Positions 26,160 to 39,459 of a stretch of DNA of 64,000 nt are shown one piece after another. The notes under the pieces were generated by a model that was not told the DNA's origin, did no database searches, and saw nothing but the letters and a program-made list of their open reading frames with translations. Positions within the stretch are counted from its first letter, which is position 1. The number at the start of each line of letters is the position of its first letter. The translations under genes and the position numbers were made by a program. Source of the DNA: Lama glama (Eukaryota); the NCBI GenBank assembly GCA_028534125.1, contig CM052816.1, positions 72,666,001-72,730,000 of the forward strand, written 5' to 3'.

Positions 26160-26863
26160 TGATTGGGTGTACTCTGATACAATGTGATTCTAAACATCTG
26201 GAGTTAGTGTCCAAGTTCATGGGTTTAAGAACATGAAATCCAACAAGACTGCTGTCACTTCAGATGCTAACCACAAATTTGGAGGCCCCCGGTTCACCAG
26301 TATTTCTGACCAGAAGTCCAGGGAGTTTCCATGACCCCCTTCAGATTTGATAATCCATTAGAATGACTCATAGAACTCATGAAAGCACTTTACTTATGAT
26401 TACAGTTTTATTAGAAAGGACACAAATCAGGACCAGCTAAATGAAAAAAGACATAAGAGAAAGTCTGGGAGAGTCTCAGACACAGGGCTTTCCTGTTGCT
26501 CCCCAGGGAATCAGGAAGCAACACCATCCAGGTAGATGTTCACCAACCAGGAAGTTTTGGTGTCCAAAATTTTTATTGAGGTTTCATTGGGTAGGCATGA
26601 ATGATTGAAACACTGAATCATTGCCCACATGACTGAACTTAATTTCCAGTCCCCCTCCCCTCCCTGGAAGTCAGACTGACTTAAAGCCCCATCTCTCTAA
26701 TCACCTGGTTTGTCTTTCTGATGACCTGTTCCCATCCTGAGTAATTGTCTTAGTAAAAACTCAGGTGTGATCCCAGGTGTTCATAAATAACAAAGACACT
26801 CCTATTACTTGGGTTCCCTCTCAGGAACCTGGGACAGAGGCCACTCAAATTCTTTACTGTACA
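26160..26863 (-). mobile_element. MER21-like ERV LTR
   Basis: ggagttagtg...caagactgctgtcacttcagatgc...gatttgataatccattagaatgactcatagaactcatgaaagcactttacttatgattacagttttatt...ataacaaagacactcctatt matches the recalled MER21 consensus. Confidence 0.8.
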
Positions 26864-27769
26864 ATAGTGAAGAATCCAGTATTAATTATAAAAGTATATA
26901 TTTCATCTTGGTAACACACATTTTCTCTTTTTACTACCCATTAGAAGTCTGATTTACAAAATATGTTAGCCTTTGAAGAATGACATTAGAAATCAACCTA
27001 AGTGTCATAATGGGACTGAACATTTTGCTAATATCAGTCTACTAAATTTTGTGTCCATTTTGTTTAAAATCTATTGAGAATTTAATCAAATTATTTGACA
27101 AATGATATGCCAAAAATCTCATTTGGAAACTGTCAATTAATAGAAATTATTAAAAATAAAGCTGGCAAAGAGGAACACCTCAAGATTTCCTATAAAATCA
27201 AGGATAAGTAAATAAACAAATTAAATGATGATAGCTCAAAAGCTTTGGAATATCTTGCAAAATGTGAATAACTTTGGATGGAGTTCCTATGTTTACTTAC
27301 AGTGTTTTTTTTTTGTACCAGAGTGGAATAAAAGTAGGAAGGTTTGAAATTTTGCAGACTATAAATTTGGTGAATTACTCAAAAGAATCATTAATAGACA
27401 ATTGATTTAACGTGTTTTGACTTTTGAAAATATTTGCTGAAGAAAGTCACTCTGAGTAGAGGCAGAGAAATAGGACTTGCAAAAATATTTGGCCTGAAAG
27501 GGTTACACATTTTGCTATGAAAATCTCAGAAAATCCTAAAGTTACCAGAATTTGATATGAGCTTAGCAGATGTCTTAACACCTGTAAAGAGATTAATTTA
27601 AAAACTTGCAGTCTGTTGAGAAAAGTTAATAAAAGTACAGGCACTTTTTCATAAAAAGAACCATTGAAGGAAAACAGAATAAGAAGAAAAAGGCAAATTA
27701 AGAACAAAAACAAAAAAATCCCCAAATCCCGAAAGTGAACATTGGGAGACATTCGGGTGATTTGATATT

Positions 27770-28150
27770 TCTAGCTTAATGGTGGTTAAAACAAACAAAG
27801 CTCTAAATTTCCAAGGATATTGGAGATTGTGCTAAGTCTGTAGGAAGAGGAGTGATAGACCAGTGGCAGAGGAGATGAAACTGATGGAAAGAAACTGGAA
27901 AATGAAGTTTTAATGAAAATGCAAGTCAGAAATGGATAGAAAGTTTGAGAGATGAGTTCTGCTTTAGACATATGGTTTTTAAGCTATAGATAAGATTGCC
28001 AGAAGATGAACTTCCGCTGCCAGTTGGCAATCCAAAGAAGAGATTGAGGTGGGGTATAAATATTTGTTGTCATCACAGAATTGTATGAAAATCAGTAGGA
28101 ATGGATGAGAGAAGGAACATACAGGGAGAAACCATAGTGGAAAGAATGAG
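27770..28150 (-). mobile_element. L2 fragment
   Basis: gagatgagttctgctttagacatatgg...gaggtggggtataaatatttgttgtcatcac resembles antisense L2. Confidence 0.55.
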
Positions 28151-29549
28151 TTTCGTGGAGAGTCTACACTAGAGAGTTTGAGAAGGAACTTCTAAAACAT
28201 GTAAAAGAAAATTGAAGCAAGTGTATTCCTGAGGGTGAAGAGACCAAGACATCCATTTCTGTATCTTCAGTGCTTGTCACATTATTAAATAGGAATCGAA
28301 TAAATAAAAGAAGGAAAGTGGGGAGGGGGTAAGGAATGAGTACTATGGAGATACAATGTCACTCAAGGGATTTGGGACTAGAGAAAATAAAGTCTCTGTA
28401 GAAGTTTACATATAATCATGGTGAGATAGGACTAATTAATGGAAGAATTAGAAAAGGATATTGAGCTGTGGACAGAGAACAATGGCCTTGTCAAGCTCAT
28501 TTTAGTGTGAGAAAAGATGCGACATTATCTGAGGTTCTCACTTTCTATGCTGACATCCAGAGTTTCCTGGAAATGTGTTAATAAGAGGTGAAGGATAAAT
28601 TTGACTTTGGGTTTCAGTAGAAGTGCAGGAGATTGACTCTTTGGATTTTTATAGCAGTCAGCCTGTTTATTAGTAATTATAAAAGCACACTATTGCTTAT
28701 AACATTGAACTGCTGTATGTAGGAGAAGAAGAGGAAGAATTCAAAAGTCCAAGTCGAATAAGTAAATATTAATTACATGGTTATAGAAATGGTTGTGACA
28801 TTCCCATTATCTCTTTAAGAAAAAAATGAGGATTTCAGAATTTCTTAAGTGACATAGGTGAACATTTTGCAAGGCTTTAAAGGAAAGTGATTGTGAACAT
28901 GTTTATTCCACATCAGAGTGTTTTTGATGTGGGTGTTTTGCCTTATGGACATTTTGAAGCAGACTCATCAAAACAATTATAAAAATGTAAAAAATAAGTT
29001 ACTGTTAAAAAGAAATCTCTTATTTAATATTTCATGCCTGAGCTCCATCCCCATTTCCAAGCCACCATTAAACACAGAAAAAGGCTAAGTGTTATGTAGG
29101 GAATGAGATGCTCACATATATATTATTAAGAAATAATACAGAAGAAGGGTAAACATTTTGTCAGACCAGAGAATCACATTTTACAATCAAACTGGCCTTA
29201 ACAAAATACACATTGATTATTCATGGGCAATTTCATAGCTCCTTGCCCAATATTACTGATCTGTTTAGTTTCATGCTGATTGCCTCAAGAATTGTTCTGA
29301 CTCCCCATGGGGTGAATTGGACTATACAGTGTCTAGATAAATAGTGTTGGGCTAAATAGCTTCTGCTTATTGTGTTAACCAGGTTTTAAGATTTGCTAGA
29401 CAATCTCTGTAGGAAAGAAGCAGTTTGGTAACCCTGGGCTGAGACCCTTCCTCTCAATCAAGCCTGAATTTCATTAAGTTCACAGACTATTAGCAAGAGT
29501 ATTACGTCTGCTTAATAAGAACCTTATATATTAAATTTTATCAAATTCA

Positions 29550-29735
29550 TGAAAAACAGAACAGTAGAATTGGAAGGGAACTTAGTGGTCTTCTAGTTCA
29601 ACCTTCCTCCTAACCTGAGAACCTTTTATAACAACTCTGACCTCTAATTAATCATTTTGTCCACTCATTGCCTGGGAGTCATAATTTCATGAGGATGCCT
29701 ATTCTGTATTTTAGTGGGCCTGTCTGTTAGTGATA
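29550..29735 (-). mobile_element. L3/CR1 3' fragment
   Basis: agaattggaagggaacttagtggtcttctagttcaacc...gggagtcataatttcatgaggatgcctattctgtattttagtgggcctgtctgttag. Confidence 0.55.
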
Positions 29736-30291
29736 ATAAACAACGACTTCTTGTTTAGTTCTTCACCACTGCGAACTTCTTTTTGCCACATCTGGACTCT
29801 GCTGGGTACAGTTGCTATGAACTATCAGTCAGATGGAGTAGGAAAAGTTGAAATTAGGGGTAGCCCAGGGGTCTAGGGCAAAGACGGAGGCCAGGCCAGG
29901 CATCTTATAACTAACTTGGATGTTGGAGGTCCAGTAAGAATTTGAGGTAAATGAGAAAAAGCTGAGATATCAAATACAGTGGGCAAATAGGAATGACAGA
30001 ATATTTTATTCTTGCTATTCTTAAAGTTAGGGTAGTTGCAGCGTACTTTGAGGTATATCTTTGATTGTAATTAATTTTATCATTCTTATCTGATCTTCTT
30101 TTAAGATCATATCCTAATATATGTGCCTCCATCTGCTATGAAGAAGATCTGCATTTGCAGTGTTTTCTGTTTTTCATATACAGTATGGCATGCAGAATGC
30201 ATTTGTCCTTGTATTGAACCCAAATCACCTCTCTTTAACATCTGTTCATAGGTACTAATTCTGAAGATAGACCTACAGAAATTTATAATTA

Positions 30292-30788
30292 GTATTTAAA
30301 GAAAATATTATTCATGACACTTGTTAAAACATTAAGGCAGACTTTGTTCAAGAAGACTGTCACCTTAGATATAAAGACTACTGAAATAAGATGTTGCAGT
30401 AGGGAAGACAGATGGGGCGCAGTTCCTAATATAGCAGGGAACACTGGAGATAGATAGCCAGAGAGGAGGTTGAGGGGTCAGTGGGTGAAAAATTACTAAG
30501 AGGAACCATCAGGGCTAAAAGGGATTCTGACCAAACAGGCCTAACAGGATTCTTGCTGAAGACCAGCCAGGGTAATCAGACATCATCTGGGGGATGGTGG
30601 AAAATGATGACTTTGATCAGACACTAAAGGTGATCAGGGTGAAGAATTCTGGCTAAAAAGATTTAGTAGGACTTTTGCTAAAATTGACCAATGAAAAAAT
30701 GAATGTGAAAGCCCAAAAGTCAGGGCCTACCTACTTGAGAAAAGAGTTCAGAGTAGCCCCACTAGAATTTGTTCAAAGTTATTTGTCA
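30292..30788 (-). mobile_element. MER31/MER67-family ERV1 solo LTR
   Basis: Diagnostic antisense motifs: ggggtcagtgggtgaaaaattactaagaggaaccatcaggg, ctaacaggattcttgctgaag, gatcag...gaattctggctaaa. The + strand ends tttgtca, i.e. LTR start TGACAAA. Confidence 0.85.
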
Positions 30789-33700
30789 TTAATTATTACG
30801 ACCTTCCTGAGATTTTTACTTCTATAAGATAAATGATATTTTTGAGTGGATAAGGAAAATATAGCATGTTTCTAGACTTTGCAAATCTTTCTTACTGTTT
30901 TTGTAAGCTCTTTCATTTAATTCCTCCTTTAAAGCAAAGACCTGATAAATTAAAAGTGTTTTAGACATGACATTTCCAATACAAATTTAAATGCAGTGGT
31001 ATTTTTGTCTTAGAAATCTACTCTGTTTATTCAAGGAACATATTTCAAGGCTTTTACTTGATTGTACTTATGGGTAGAAATACTTAAGAAATATAAAATA
31101 ATATTATGGACTTGGTAGTTTTTTTGGTTGCAGAGTTGCAAGATGTAACTACATTGCAAAGGAACACTTCAGCTGCCAGTGGAAATTAAATGCTGTGTTA
31201 ATTTGTTGACTACTGTATTATTTGAGTTCCTTACTGCTTTTTTTTTTTAAAGCTAAATTGTGTGAACAACAACTGCATTACAAACCCACAGTTTAAGGAT
31301 GGGGAGTACTGCTCAGACATTAAAGAGGGAATGTGCTGCTGAGGAAGTTAATGGAGAAGTCAGATTTAATGAAGCCCTTGCAGTTCTTTGGAGAAATGTG
31401 ATAGATTTCACTAAAGACGCTATTTATAGAACAGTCTTTCCCTTAGCTGAAGCTAAGATGCAGAATTTCAGGATGAATCTGCTTCTGTTAACCACTGTCT
31501 TGTTCATGGATTTTTCTTGAAGAATGTAAGATGATCTTGAATTATAATTAAAATTTGGGCAAAAATGTCAGAGAGCAAATCAGTGGTCACTGTGTATGTA
31601 TTTTAACTTTATTTTGGAATTTGAACATATTCTAATATAAAACTAATACCTTTAATCTGTGATCTATTCTTAATCTGTTATCCTTTTGACTACTTACATA
31701 CAATAAAATTATTTTTCAAAAATAGCCAGTTTTTGTACCTTATACATAGTTGAGAAATAGTCATTAGTTAAGAAATATTCTCCACTAAGCTCCAAACTAT
31801 TGTTTATTATTATAACATTCTTTTTTTCCCCAGTCACTTCTCTGTTTTATCATAAAGGTTTATTATTATAAATTTTTGATGGAGTTGCTCAGAGTCATCC
31901 TCCAGTTATTAAGTTGTACAGGCCAAAAAGAAAAGATAATTGCCAGAAATAAGTATCATTGCTGAGACAAATATAATGTGAAAATGAATGTCTTTTAGCA
32001 ATGACATTTTACATCACGATGTTGACTATAATCCGAATCAACGATGCCTTTTGTGAGGCAGTGGTTTGCCTTCTTTTTGAAAATAAAGATCACTTTTACC
32101 TATCTCCAACTTTCTACCACTTTCTAATTCTTCATGATTGTTCAAAGGTATCATCTCCGTGGAAACATTTGAGAGTTCTATTAGTATCTTGGGATATTAT
32201 TCATTTTTATCTAGACTTGAACTTATATCCATATTCCTTCATGGAACAAACAAAAAAAGTGTTACCGGATTTTACTAAAATCTGGTGTTATTTCGTTGTG
32301 TATTTGATCTGAAATAAGATGTGTGGCAGATAAGAGCATGATACATTTTTTTACTCTTTGATTATGGATAAGTTATTCAATATCGTTTACTGGCCAGTTC
32401 TTTATTGCAATACCCAACTGAAAAATTGGGCAGAAAATTCTGACAGTCAGACATGCATATCACAGAATATAAAGTGACTTTCCCAAATTTAGGCCAGTGA
32501 AGTAGATAGATAGATATAAAGGACTATTATAGAATGTTAGTATGTATCAGAGTTTTGCTTAAGAATAGAGATAATGAGTTACCATTCTGTGAATTATTAA
32601 GATCTGTATGCTTAAGACGATGTAATTTAGTTTTCTGTGCATGGCTTTCAAAAATAGTATGATTCCTTTTCTCTTTTTCTAACAAATGCAAAATCCATAG
32701 AAATGAAAATTAGCTGCAGCTGTGATTTTATGAATGGTTTCCTAGAAACTACATTGAAGGAAACTTCAACCCACAAATGAGTTTTATATTGCTCTTCTCA
32801 GCACGTGCAGATGGGAGGTTTGTGAGCTCACAGTTGCTACCAAAATATATTAAATATATTTTTTGTAGATGATGGTCACATTTTTTGAAGTTTCATGTAA
32901 TGTTTAAATAATCTTGCAATTCCTTATGGGATGAACAATTATGTTTTAACAATGAAAGCTTTAGCAGTTGCCCATGAAAATGAAAAACTCATTTAATATA
33001 ATATTTACCTACTTAAAAAAAAATCCAAGTTTCATTGGTTTGTAATCTATTTACACAAACTGGTGACTCCCATATTGTCTCTTAATGCAGGATGATGATC
33101 ATAACTTATTAGTGTTGTTAAATTCAGCTTTATAAAAGTGTATTTACATAAAGTGTATTATTTGAATTCTTACTATATGCAAGACATTGGTACTTAGTAG
33201 TCTTGGTGAAAAAAGTCAAAATAATCCAGACAGCATGTCTTTTTTAAGTTTATAAACTTAGGAAGAAACGAAATATGTTATCAATAGATTGATGATAGAC
33301 TATAGGCAATTCTAAAATCATTTATTAATATATAATTTTCTAATGCTGGAAAGAAGAGATGGTAGTAGATGCAAATGATATTGTACTTCATGAACATATC
33401 ATATTCAAATAACTTTTTTTTTCTTTGACAAAATTTCTATTCTGGTCGAGCAAAGAAATACAGAAGATGTACTATGTCTGAAATACAGTTAGACATTTTA
33501 CAGAGTTTCTTTTGTCGAGGTAGTGAGAATATGGGTAGATGATTGTTAATATATTTACTAGTAAATATTGGATTGACATAACAGCAAAGTTTCTGATAGA
33601 AAGGATCGATATCAACCTGAAAGACAGCTTCTTTTTTTTTTAATTTATTGAGAGGCAGTTTCTAATGGGCAACCGTTTTCTCTGCCCTATTATCTATCAC

Positions 33701-34692
33701 AACATTTTATGTATTTTACATATTTCTTTGATGAAGATGTTGAATGCTTATTTTCCAAAATTGTGGATGAAGCAGATTTTTGGCATATCAAAAAATGGCT
33801 TGTATGTTCCACACTTGGTTTCAAAACACACTCAAAATGTTTTAAAATATAGATAAACAATGTGGATATATTCATGTACATGAATATGAAGCAATATGAA
33901 GAAGATTTAGCTACATGAATGTTCACCATGATATGAGTACAGAAACTGCTTATTTGATCTCACAAAGGTGCTTTAATGAATAGATACTGTCTCTGCTAGT
34001 GTATCCTGTCTATTCAATAACTTATATTTCTCCCTTAATATCAATAGCTAATTCATACTCAGCATAGTAGAAGCCGGAAATTCACCATCCCAATTGTCCA
34101 TTTTTCTACTTTGACTGTTCCAGCAGCTCCTTCTTCCTCAGTTCCTCATTCAGGAAGCTTAGGAGTTGGCCTCAACCTCTTCATTCCTTTCATATAATTA
34201 GTCAGTGTGTCTGACGTATTCTGTCAATATACAGTAACTCCAATATAGTTGGAGTTATTTAGAGCTGGGTTGGAAGTGAGCAAAAATAGTGATTTTCTTT
34301 CATTCATTCATTTGTTCACTCATTCATTCCTTCATCTAATAAGTGAAAAAATGATTATTGAATGCAAGCTATGTTTTCAATGGCGTATATCCCAGTAACG
34401 AGATAAAAAGTTGTAACAGAATTGGAATACAATTTAGAAATTTTAAGTACTGAAAGGTGTATAAGTCAAATGATAATAATAGTTGAAAAGAAATGATTAC
34501 TAAAGCAAGTGTTTAGTTTATCATTAATTACCTTTAAAGAAAGGTAACATAATTCCATAGGATTTTCTCCAGTGTCTTCTTATTAGTTTAATATTTTTTA
34601 AAGCTTCCCTTTTAATAGAGTCACTGTAGAAAGTAAACTTTTGACTCCGGGATACATCAGTTTTGAATGTCATTTTGATTTTGAAACATTTC

Positions 34693-34792
34693 NNNNNNNN
34701 NNNNNNNNNNNNNNNNNNNNNNNNNNNNNNNNNNNNNNNNNNNNNNNNNNNNNNNNNNNNNNNNNNNNNNNNNNNNNNNNNNNNNNNNNNNN
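34693..34792. other. Assembly gap (100 N, true size unknown)
   Basis: Run of 100 N. Confidence 0.99.
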
Positions 34793-35019
34793 TGGAACAA
34801 GTCTCCAGTTGCCTGAACATACACTGTGCTTTAAATGGCCAGAACATTTTAAGTGATGCTGTTCAGTATCTCAGTGTAATAGCTTCTCCCAACTTCATCA
34901 AGATGTGATTTCAGCTAAGCTCTGTTGGAAACACAGACCTAACAAAAACAGCAGAAATCCTGTCACTGGAAAATACATAGGACAACTCAGACCTCTCAGG
35001 TGACTCCCCCCGCCTATTG

Positions 35020-35149
35020 CTTGTCATAGTTCTTAACAAAGTTTATTAGAGGGCACTTGGTTACTCTTCTACCCCCGTCACCGCTGCAGTAGTCATCAAA
35101 ATAACACCTCGGAAAGAAAGCGCAGCAACGTCCCTAAAGAACTGCTAAT
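35020..35149 (-). other. Candidate terminal (3' UTR) exon of the unnamed minus-strand gene
   Basis: Acceptor cctttttttt cag|ATTAGC at 35149, 576 nt after the donor at 35726. AATAAA lies about 100 nt inside. The cleavage-site end is approximate. Confidence 0.5.
35042..35047 (-). terminator. Candidate polyadenylation signal AATAAA
   Basis: + strand tttatt, within the candidate terminal exon. Confidence 0.45.
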
Positions 35150-35725
35150 CTGAAAAAAAAGGCTTTTTTTTAAAAACTTCTTTTTCTTTGGCTAAAAAAG
35201 CACTAAAGCTATGTCAACAGATATTGTAAAAAGAAAAGACATGCAGTAGAAAAAAATTCTGACATACAGTAGAGTCAGATACCAGGATACGATAGGATAT
35301 ATCTACCCTAGTCCAAAATACAAAGAAAAAGCATCAATCAACTTATTGGGAAATTATTTAGCAAAATGAGTTTAAGGCAATGAATAATGTAGAACAAAAC
35401 TGCCTGTATTTCATTGTATAATAGTTGGTTATTTTAACGTTGCCTGTGTGTGGTTTTAATCTTTATATGAACAGTTGAGAAGGAGAAAAAAAGTTTTAGC
35501 CTTCAGGTGAATGCTTAGGGAGAAAGTGATGAAACTATCCTATAATCAAACACACTAATTTTTTTCTTTTTAGCAATTAAGACTGTATATGTTCCTGCTA
35601 AAGTAAGGGGAAAATGTGTATTAAACAATGAAACTTTGATTACAACTTCTAATGCTTCTGCATATTTATGTCCAGGATAATTAAATAGTAATACTGAGGG
35701 AAATAATTATTTTTTTCTGACTTAC

Positions 35726-35789
35726 CTGGCTCTTCACTAGAAAAATCTTCATTTTGAGTCTCTTTGACATTCCATTTTAAATGTGTTAT
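35726..35789 (-). CDS. Candidate penultimate exon carrying the stop codon: (D)NTFKMECQRDSK*
   Basis: Acceptor tttttacacactatag|ATAAC and consensus donor CCAG|gtaagt; 64 nt. Phase-1 entry matches the upstream exon. TGA at 35749-35751 lies 23 nt before the last junction. Confidence 0.55.
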
Positions 35790-35994
35790 CTATAGTGTGT
35801 AAAAAGTTCACATTGTACCTTGTATATACTCTTTAAAAAATACTGATAAACACCTATTTGTCCACAAAAACTTGAGAAAGAAACATGTCATTGCCTTTGA
35901 AGACCCTCTGCAAATGCATCACGCCTCATTTTTTGGGCAGTAACCTTTATCTTGATTTAAGTGTTATTTATGCTCTTGCTTTTCTTTGTAGGTT

Positions 35995-36062
35995 TTCTTT
36001 TTTTTTTTTTTACTCTCTCTCTCCCCCTCTCTCTCGCTCTCTCTCCCTCTCTCTCTCTTTCT
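35995..36062. repeat. Poly-T plus (CT)n tract
   Basis: Directly visible. Confidence 0.9.
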
Positions 36063-37039
36063 TCCACACATACATCCTATATTCAATTTTGTTTAATAAA
36101 TACATTGATATTTAATGAATAAGAAGTAATTCTTTTTTGGTGATTCAGACTCATTCAGCCAGTCAGTGCTATTGGTCTGTCTATCAGTTAAGGTTTTATG
36201 GAATTGACAAAGTAGAATATGGGAAAGAATTTTGACTGAATGGGACTTGAACTTAATAACATGCTGATCTGGAGATAGCTAGGTTAAAGCAGAAGTGGGG
36301 CTGGGTGTGCTAGGGGTGTGCAAAGAGCTGGCCTGACACTAGTCAGCACGTGGGAAATCACATTTAGGACAGTTGGAGAGCAAAGTTGTAGAGGATGCCC
36401 AGGAAGGAGTCGATAGCTCTGGAGATCTGGTGATAGATAAGCTTTGATAATCAAGGAATTATTGCATTTTGTACAGAATTAGGATAGCATTTAGGGGAAC
36501 TTTATCAACACGCTATGACCTTGCCACCATTACTTTACATAGATTCATTTGTACAACAAGCATTTTGTAGCTATATGTATGGGGCACAGACCACAGATTT
36601 TATTCACTTTGTAACAGAGCAATATTTTGGGCCTTATCCTCTTAGATGAACATTTTCCTGCATGGAGCTAATGGAATGATTGTGGTGAGCACTAACTAAA
36701 GCATATTAACAAAGACTTGTGTATTTCAGAACAAGTCAGTCATATACATAATTCCTTTTGGGTTCTAATTTTGTTCTATTATATTGAAAGGAAACCAATA
36801 GTTGGAATACATTTTGTCACTTCATGTTATAGACATATATTTCTTTTCTTTTTTGAATTTTTAAGATCACACAAGGTTAAAAGTGCTTACTAGAATTAAA
36901 AGATAAATGTACAGTGAAATACTTTCATCAAGCAGAACACGTTAGGTATGATTATCAGATTACTACATTTAGTATATGTGCAGTTTCAATGGCTCAATAA
37001 GGAAAAAATAAAAACAGCAATAGCAAAATGTATAAAGTA

Positions 37040-37735
37040 ATGGAAATGTGTGATTTATATATTATGAGGCCTATAGAAATAACAAACACATGGTAAATTG
37101 GGAAAACATATAGTAATAAAAATCCAACAACATAGTGAGTTAGCATACTTACTATTTCAGCAAACATTATGAAGATCAAAGATGAGAATTTTGTGGGAAA
37201 AAGTCATTCTCATACTTTTTTTGTTATATATATTAGCAAGAACTCTCTGAAAAGCCATTAAACAACTCTACCTAGAGTCTTAAAAATTTATACTGTTTGA
37301 CTTCAATATTTGAATTCTATCTGAATGGACAAGCAAAAAATACAGGACAAGCTCTATTTGTAATGTTATTCATTGCAGCATTCTTTACAATTATTTAGAA
37401 TTGGAAATAATCCAAATACCATAAAATAGGAGAATGATTAAGGAAACTAGGGTCTATCTTGATAATGAAATATTTTAGAACTTTCAAACATACATGTGTA
37501 CACAATTAAAAATATTGGGATTTTTTTTTTACACTGTTAAAGCAAATGAAGAAATTATATATTGAGTTTACTTGAAATTATGCAAAAAGTATGTATATAA
37601 ATGTATTGATGTGTGTGTCTGAAAAATGATTTATCTTCAAATAATGGAATTGTGAATATATTTTCTTAATTCCACCTTTTTGTACTTTCCATATTTTCTA
37701 TTATGCTTGGGTTCATTTTATAGTTTGGAAATAAA
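37040..37735 (+). mobile_element. Ancient L1ME-type 3' fragment
   Basis: atgttattcattgcagcattctttacaatt...ttggaaataatccaaataccataaaataggagaatgattaagg...ataatgaaatattt resembles a degenerate L1 ORF2 end and 3' UTR. Confidence 0.7.
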
Positions 37736-38469
37736 AAGGCTTGTGGATAGAAAACATGCAAATAAGAAAGGGGAAAAGGAAACAACCGGGATTTATTAGC
37801 ATCTACTATGTGTCAGAGGCTATGTGATTTAATCTTTAAATCTAAGATGGAGATATTATCTCCACGTGATAGGCGAAGATACTGATGTTTAGAGGGATTT
37901 AGGATAATTTGAGATTTGACAGACTGGCCCTTCATTACAAATAGAAAGAACTGGACCTGATTTTTAAACCCAATCTGTTGATTTAATATGCCTTCTCTTT
38001 CCATATTTGCTTCTACATTAAGTCAGAGGATGGGGAAGGAATATTAATTGTCATATAGAGGAGGGAAAGAAAGGTCACTAGCACAAAATGAACATGTTAT
38101 TTAGGAATCCTGTCTTGTGGTATCTGGAACTTGAAACTAGCAATCAAATCTAACCACTCCAGGTCTAGTCCTTTCTTAAAATTGTTCCTTGGGGGCATTT
38201 AATAACCTTGATTTTCTTTGGTTCTCTATTCACAACATGAAGATTTTTAATTTGGGTGTGTCTGTTTTCTCTACCTACTATAGAGAGTTTTAATTACTTA
38301 CATTTACTTCATAATTTTCAAGTGTCACCTGACTTCTTAATATCAACTGAGCGCTTTTAACCTTATTGCTCTTTCAAAAATATTCATTGAATAATGCATA
38401 TGTAGTAGATAAATTCAGACTGAGACTTCTTATTGGACGTTTAGAAAGAAGCATGGGATATAACTTTAC

Positions 38470-38665
38470 AGTTAATCAGATACCAGATCCTAGTCCTGCC
38501 ACTTGCCAACTATATAGATTTGAGCAAATGATTTAGATTTATGAAACTTCACTCCCTAAAAAGCAAAATTATGGTCAGTTATCTCACAGGATTGCAGGAT
38601 AACTTGTAATGTATATGTAGATATTTTCTACTTAGCAGTTATTCAATACATAGTTATTATTATTA
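38470..38665 (+). mobile_element. MIR SINE
   Basis: cctagtcctgccacttgccaac...gagcaaatgattt...atctcacaggattg...ttcaatacatagttattatt. Confidence 0.65.
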
Positions 38666-39459
38666 ATGGAGTCAATATTTTTTATTTTTAAATAAATAAA
38701 ATATAGTATTACATTGAGAAATTAGTAGACTCTTGTTTCCAAGGTGAAGAAACTCACTTCTTGCTTTGCCACTAAAAGTGTGAATTCAACACTTCTAAAT
38801 GCCAGTAAGATAGAAATTGGAATGAGAAGATTACTCCCATTTAGTTCATTTTGCATAGAAGAAACCCCACCAAGAATTAACAACACTTCAAACTGTTAAA
38901 TCAGCCTGGTGGCACTTTACAGTATTTTTGCACCCCTTCCCTGACAACCGCTAACTTAACCGTGTAGATGTGATTTTTACTAATATAGCATAGGAGAAGT
39001 AAAGTCTAAACTCTAGTGGGACCATTGATTATTCAATGGTAGTAATTCTTCTTTTACATCACAGCTAAAGGAGGGTCACTTGACTATTTCAAAGATCTAT
39101 TAACCTTAGAGTCTATTACAAAGCTAGTGCTATTCTTTAAGCTGACATTTTCAGTTTCAGTTTCTTTATGTGATTATAGTCAAATGGCCATTAGCACAAA
39201 GGGCAAGTGGGGAAAAGGTGAGAAACAAGGAGAAACCAAACATTCAAGTAGCAAGGGAAGAAGATAAGAAGATAACAGAGGGGCTATAGAATCTAATGGT
39301 ACCTAAATTCAGTAAAATCAGTGAAACAAACAGCAGTGAAATGCCAATGTTTTGCAAGAGACTCAAGATCTAACATATTTGGCAGGTGCATTCAGACAAG
39401 TGTACTGTTTAAAACCACTCAGGTAATATCTTTGAGTCAGTATTTTCCACATAAAGACT

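Noticed and set aside
33551..33568. Perfect 18-bp palindrome ATATTTACTAGTAAATAT
   Set aside because: Almost all A/T; roughly one such palindrome is expected by chance in 64 kb of this composition.
34235..34257. 9-bp stem hairpin TAACTCCAA-TATAG-TTGGAGTTA
   Set aside because: Within chance expectation, with no supporting context.
34524..34908. ORFs containing runs of X
   Set aside because: Artefacts of reading through the 100-N gap.
38758..38794. 37-nt AG/GT-bounded segment on the minus strand between candidate exons
   Set aside because: It has a stop in the phase supplied by the 41.1-kb exon and a weak pyrimidine tract; likely a pseudo-exon.
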